Shown in pieces: positions 58,769-64,000 of a stretch of DNA of 64,000 nucleotides; the stretch's first letter is position 1, and the number at the start of each line of letters is the position of its first letter. The DNA lies in assembly GCA_964016885.1 (NCBI GenBank), contig OZ024752.1, positions 2,666,001-2,730,000 of the forward strand, written 5' to 3'. The position numbers and the translations under genes were made by a program. The stretch comes from Eledone cirrhosa. Taxonomy: Eukaryota. The notes under the pieces were generated by a model that worked only from the letters and a program-made list of their open reading frames with translations, was not told the DNA's origin and did not search any database.

Positions 58769-60489
58769 TAATGCGAAATTAGGAGAGCAAGAGTGATGGA
58801 GGCAGTGTGTAAGAGAGAGAACATAAATGCACACACGCACTATCAAATAACCTGCATAGAAACAGGAACGTGTGTGATATTTCACACACACTCACACGCA
58901 CACACACACATACATATATTATATTTAATCAGTACCTCCCCTCATATTAAATCGACTAAATGATATAATCTCTACCACTACCCCTCAGTCACTAGTATCT
59001 GAAGTCAGTTTTGTTTCTGTTTACGGAACTCAATGAAAAATCATCATCATCATAATCATCATCATCTTCATCATCATCCTCATCATTACCGTCATCAGTA
59101 GTTGTAATAGTAGTAGTAGTAGTAAGTATGAAATACGTAGTATATGTATTAATAGTGGAAACAAAATAATTATTTAAAGTTTCACCTCATATCCCGTTGT
59201 GAGTGGCTTCACCTTTCATCTTCACCGACTGGAGATTTATTAAGTCAGATTGTCGTTCGATTCTGCAGTATTTTATAGAATTGACACTTTGTTTGTTCTT
59301 ACTAATAAGAGAGACAAAACATAATTGTTATAGCGTTGGTTATATTAACGTAGGTTTTATAGTTAAACACTTTCATTTTTTTGTTTGCACTTCCAAAGAA
59401 AGTTGTTTAATTTAATTACTCATGATTTCATAATGTATGTACCTCTTAAACAGAAACTTTCAGCGAATCTGTGTCCTTGTAGCAAGTTTGGAAATTGTTA
59501 CATTTATTGTTTTCTATATGGCGGTGTGTATATTTATTTATAGATTTGGGTATGAAAATGGTGAATGAATATATGAATAATTTATGAAAACATTTTCAAA
59601 TATGAATTATATTAGGTGTAATGGTCAGAATCAAAAGAACAAACCAGTGCCTAATCTTATAAATCTATTGATGTTTCACTTATTTTGACATAATTAGGAG
59701 CAAATGTTTTTCAACTAATTATAAAACATTTGCGCATGAGTAATATTTCAATAAACGTTACTCAAACGAAATGATAAAAGAGCTATGCAATATATATAAA
59801 AAGGAAAAGAACTATGCAATATATATTAAAAAAAACACAGAATAATTAGTTAGTTAAGATAGGTCCATTATTACGAAAATATTCAAAATATTAAAGATGG
59901 CTGATTTAAAAAAGAATAGATGAAAAAAATAATAAAAGAAATAACATTATAAGTGAAAATCCAGATTAAACCTCTGCAATTATTTTGAAAAATATGAAAA
60001 AAAAAATTGATCTATAAGAAAAGCTGAAATAACAAAATGAATCAATTATGTGGTTTAACTAGTCAGATAGCCACTATACTTCAGGAAACTAGATATTGTT
60101 CAGACTAATGAGTAAGACTACCGAAACGTTTGATCTGTAATTGGAATAGCGTCATTTAGGATTTTAAACAAAATTAATAATACAACAACCAATTATGTTT
60201 TGCCACATTGAAATGAATTAAATCGAGATAGTGACAGGGATAAATTAATTTAGTTCTAAATATAAGCTAAATCAACTTCCCAAACTATTAGTTATTTTCT
60301 CAGTTATAGCTCTAAGTTTTATATTTACTAATTTTAGCTGAGGCTATACAAATATGTAACCATTCCCCTTAACATATGTTAGAATTAATGTAAGGTAAGT
60401 GTTATCTCAAACTTTCTTTCACATTGAAATAATTTAATTAAGGTGAAATTTTAAAATTAATTTCTTGAAGCATTTTACATTGTATTATT

Positions 60490-60678
60490 GCTGGATTGGC
60501 AGTATCGATAGAGAGTCAGACACAATGCTTTGAAGCATAGAGTTACGTCCCTTTATGATCTGAGTTCAAATCCCGCCGAGGTTAACTTTGCCTTTCATCC
60601 TTACGGGGTCGATAAAATAAAGTACCAGTAATGTACAGGGTAATTGCTGGCCTTGTGCCAAAAGTAGAAACAATTATT
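60490..60678 (+). mobile_element. tRNA-derived SINE, near full length
   Basis: tggcagtatcg (A box), gagttcaaatcc (B box), gcctttcatccttacggggtcgataaaataaagtaccag core, short AT tail. Confidence 0.9.
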
Positions 60679-63600
60679 GCTATTGATTCACATTTATAGG
60701 AATTTTCAGCTGATAATTAAATAAAGGAACTGGTGAAATGAAAATAGATACCAACATTTTTTTGTTTCTATTCTCACATATATTTTTGTTTATGCACTTG
60801 TTCCGAAATACATTTAGATTCGTATTCTTTCAAGTGTGTAGCAGCCAACGTGCTAAATAATTACGCAGTAACAGTATGTCTTCATTCATCTTAAAGGACA
60901 AATAAGGATGTTGGCTGATATATGTCCACAATTTCACAGTCAATATGAACACTTGCTGTTGTTGACAGCTTGTCTGGTTGTCTATTGAATCCATGTCACT
61001 CAAATCAATCTTAATTTCCACAAGACATAATTGTTTCCCTATTAATCATGCTGGAAATGAAGGTTATTTGTATTGATGTTACTTTTGTTATAATTGATAT
61101 TACTGTTAGTGATTGAGATGATATTGGAGTTTCTTAGTAATAATGATAGAACGTCTTAATTAGAAGAGAATTTATTTCGGACAAAGATCTATCTATCTCT
61201 TGCAGAAGATTAAGGTTGGCATTTGTTAATTATTTATCACAAAGACTGATCTTGAGATCACGTTGAAGATGTTACTGTTTGGGGACTTTTGCACTCACTG
61301 TTCGTTCCCTGAAATAATTCCATCCTAATTAAAAGGCATCACGCAACGGTAGTAGTCACTGTGAAATGACTAGAACTTATTCATTCTCATTGTGATTTCA
61401 ATTCGTACATTTGAGAGGCATGTACGGGGGTAAAGTTTGGTCCAACCTGAAAGAGATTTTTCACACATTCGTAGTACAAAAGGTTGAAAAATGATTTGTG
61501 TGACTAACGTAAAAAATATATTATTGTATTCTTCAATTAAGCCCATGTTAACATAGCAACTAAATGTTCAAATATATATTCACCATACAGAATAGAAATC
61601 CACCGAATTCTCAATTTGCCAGGACATTGATCTCCCATTCTGAATATATGCAAAATTCATTATCCATAAATATTACATATTACATATTACTAACTCTACG
61701 GTTTTATTCTTTTGTAAAAGTTGATTTGTTTAAAAGAACCGGGATCCCGTTTTAAAGAACCTGAAAAATTAACTTGTTTGTAGAAAAATTCCTTCTGCGT
61801 ATTTGTTGATTTGATTAACGAAAACAATTACTGTAAAAACAAAATTAGCAGAATTTAGTAGCTATGAATAGTGCTAATTGAAATTATCCATCGCTTTTAG
61901 CAGTGTTTATTATTGTTTGCCAGGCCATTTATGAATTACGATGTTAATGCCTATTTCCTAGTATACACTAGACATATGATTTCATTTTACTAGGTCACAA
62001 ACTCAGATTATTGTTTATATTTAATATATTTACAGTTAAAATCTATATATCCTTTCAGGTCAAGATAGCTAAAATGTTGTTTGACCTTTAATTAGCTGCT
62101 ACAACATATTCAAATTATACCTAAAGATGGTTAATGTGACACTGAGTGCACTGCTTTATAAAATACGTGTTTGTCATACTTGGATTGCCATTTCTCAATG
62201 GTGAGCACCGGTGGGTTTTGGGGCAATGTATGTTCAACTAACAATAGCAACAAATTATTTATGTTGAGTTTTCTGTTTTTGTACCATTGTTTTGATATTA
62301 TACCAATACCATAACAAACATGGATATATTCTATTCAATCGGCAACAGATAATCAAATGTATAATAATGTGTTCTACCAGCAGAGAGCTGAAATTTTTAA
62401 ATAGTTTCTCGAGCACATTAGTAGTGTTTAATTACTACAATTTTATGATATTGAAAAAAAACCCCAAATAAACCTATCATTGATACTATACAAAAACGTA
62501 TATCCTGTTGCTTTTAAATCTAAGATCAGTATAACATTGAAGTATGTTCCTTGAATTGTTATCCTCAATTACCTTCAGAAAAATTCATCATAATGACGTA
62601 TGACTTTGACAGTTTAACCCATATTCAGACAAGATTGTTGGATGGTACATCACAAACCAATGTGTTATTTCATGTATTTTTGTTTTGTTTGTCTTTGGGG
62701 GAAAGGATGTTTACTCGTAAATGATCAATTGATGGTATTTTGAGCCTGAAAGTTGTGCGGAGGCAGAAGAATTAGAAAACAAACATGCTGTTTGATATCT
62801 AGGTACGCCACCTTATAGTCTGAGATTAATTCTTCTGTGATCGATATGGAAGTCTAACTAGTAATGAGTCGATTCAACACAGTATATATCACATATTATT
62901 CAAGATTATAAATTATAAACAGCACTCAAATTGGTAACCGAAATTATATGCAAGAAATCAGTTCATGACGAGAGAAATTATGTATATATTGATGTGTATT
63001 TATGATTGCTTAAACTAACGCCGGTAAATCAGAATTAGAATATATTTGATGGGTAGAAGCTTTTATTTGGAAACAAATTCTGGCTTTCAATTATTTGTTA
63101 TGCTTGATTTTAGTCGCTGTTCGGCATGCCAGTTTTATCCTGTTAAAGTGGCAAGGTAATATATGAGAATACTTTTGATGAAGATATATAAAATATGAAG
63201 AAATATATTATAATATTAAATGTCAGCTTCTACGAAAAAGTTAGCAGTAAAGATAAAGGTATATTAAATATCACCCGGAAATATATTCCAATGCACATAT
63301 GCACGTACACAAACATATATCTACACACATGTACAAGCACAACCAATCACATACACATATATATATAATTCTAACTACTAGTTTCTCTTCCTCGAGCATA
63401 CATACGTATATATATATATATTATATGTTATATATTGTATATAAACACATACACATGTGCATATATGTTTGACTGATTGTGTATGATGCATAAAAAATAA
63501 TACAGCACCTATAAAGACTCTTGCTTCTGCTTACTTGTAACCATAATTTGTATGCTATATTAACTTAAAATTGTCATGTAAACACCTGTGGCAAAGCATA

Positions 63601-64000
63601 ACACTTAAATATGTTTGTCTCAAAATGTTTCAAATTCAGAAACAACAAGCTGAAACTAAATATAAAAAACAACAACTAGATACCTTCAAACGAAATACAG
63701 AAGAGCCCAATTAGAAATTCCAAGGATCAGGTGTTGATATTCTAAACATCAATATTTTTATTAAAATATTTTCCTATTTTGTTTTGGTTTATTCTATAAC
63801 AAACAGTATGTATAAAATAAAATAAATATGCTAAAAATATTTGAAGATTATTATTTTGTTTTGTATATATTGTTGCAGTGGGGGTGCTAATGAGAATGTT
63901 TGCTCAATGATACTTCGATTTTTCTCTTGATAGCAAATCAGATTTGGACAAATGCAATAGTACTTCTTCAAAATTATATAATGTTATTAACACTCATCTG

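Noticed and set aside
60830-61021. 63-aa ORF with protein-like composition
   Set aside because: No recognisable domain or convincing splice context; small host exons cannot be excluded without RNA-seq.

Overview
AT-rich, microsatellite-dense animal genomic DNA with no recognisable host protein-coding gene. The SINE and repeat types suggest a cephalopod such as Octopus (inference). The main feature is a ~17.4 kb array (13899-31285) of a nearly invariant 468-bp monomer. Each monomer carries an intact-looking minimal type I hammerhead ribozyme with a palindromic stem III (37 copies), so the array resembles a retrozyme or newt-satellite-2-like element. It is built as two opposed arms (~15.9 units with the ribozyme on the - strand, ~21.3 units with it on the + strand), joined by a fold-back junction and inserted in a (TA)n tract; an inverted copy of the apparent empty target site lies just downstream. 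The same architecture (inverted arms, outward-pointing hammerheads, TA target) recurs in two ~440-bp elements (9337-9782, 49959-50382) and in a Penelope-like GIY-YIG endonuclease remnant (51762-52828). This points to a set of hammerhead RNAs mobilised by Penelope-like elements. Also present: four Helitron copies (one with RepHel fragments), tRNA-derived SINEs, an RTE LINE fragment, circularly permuted or tandem repeats, palindromes and many microsatellites. All calls were made by eye; no alignment or folding was run.
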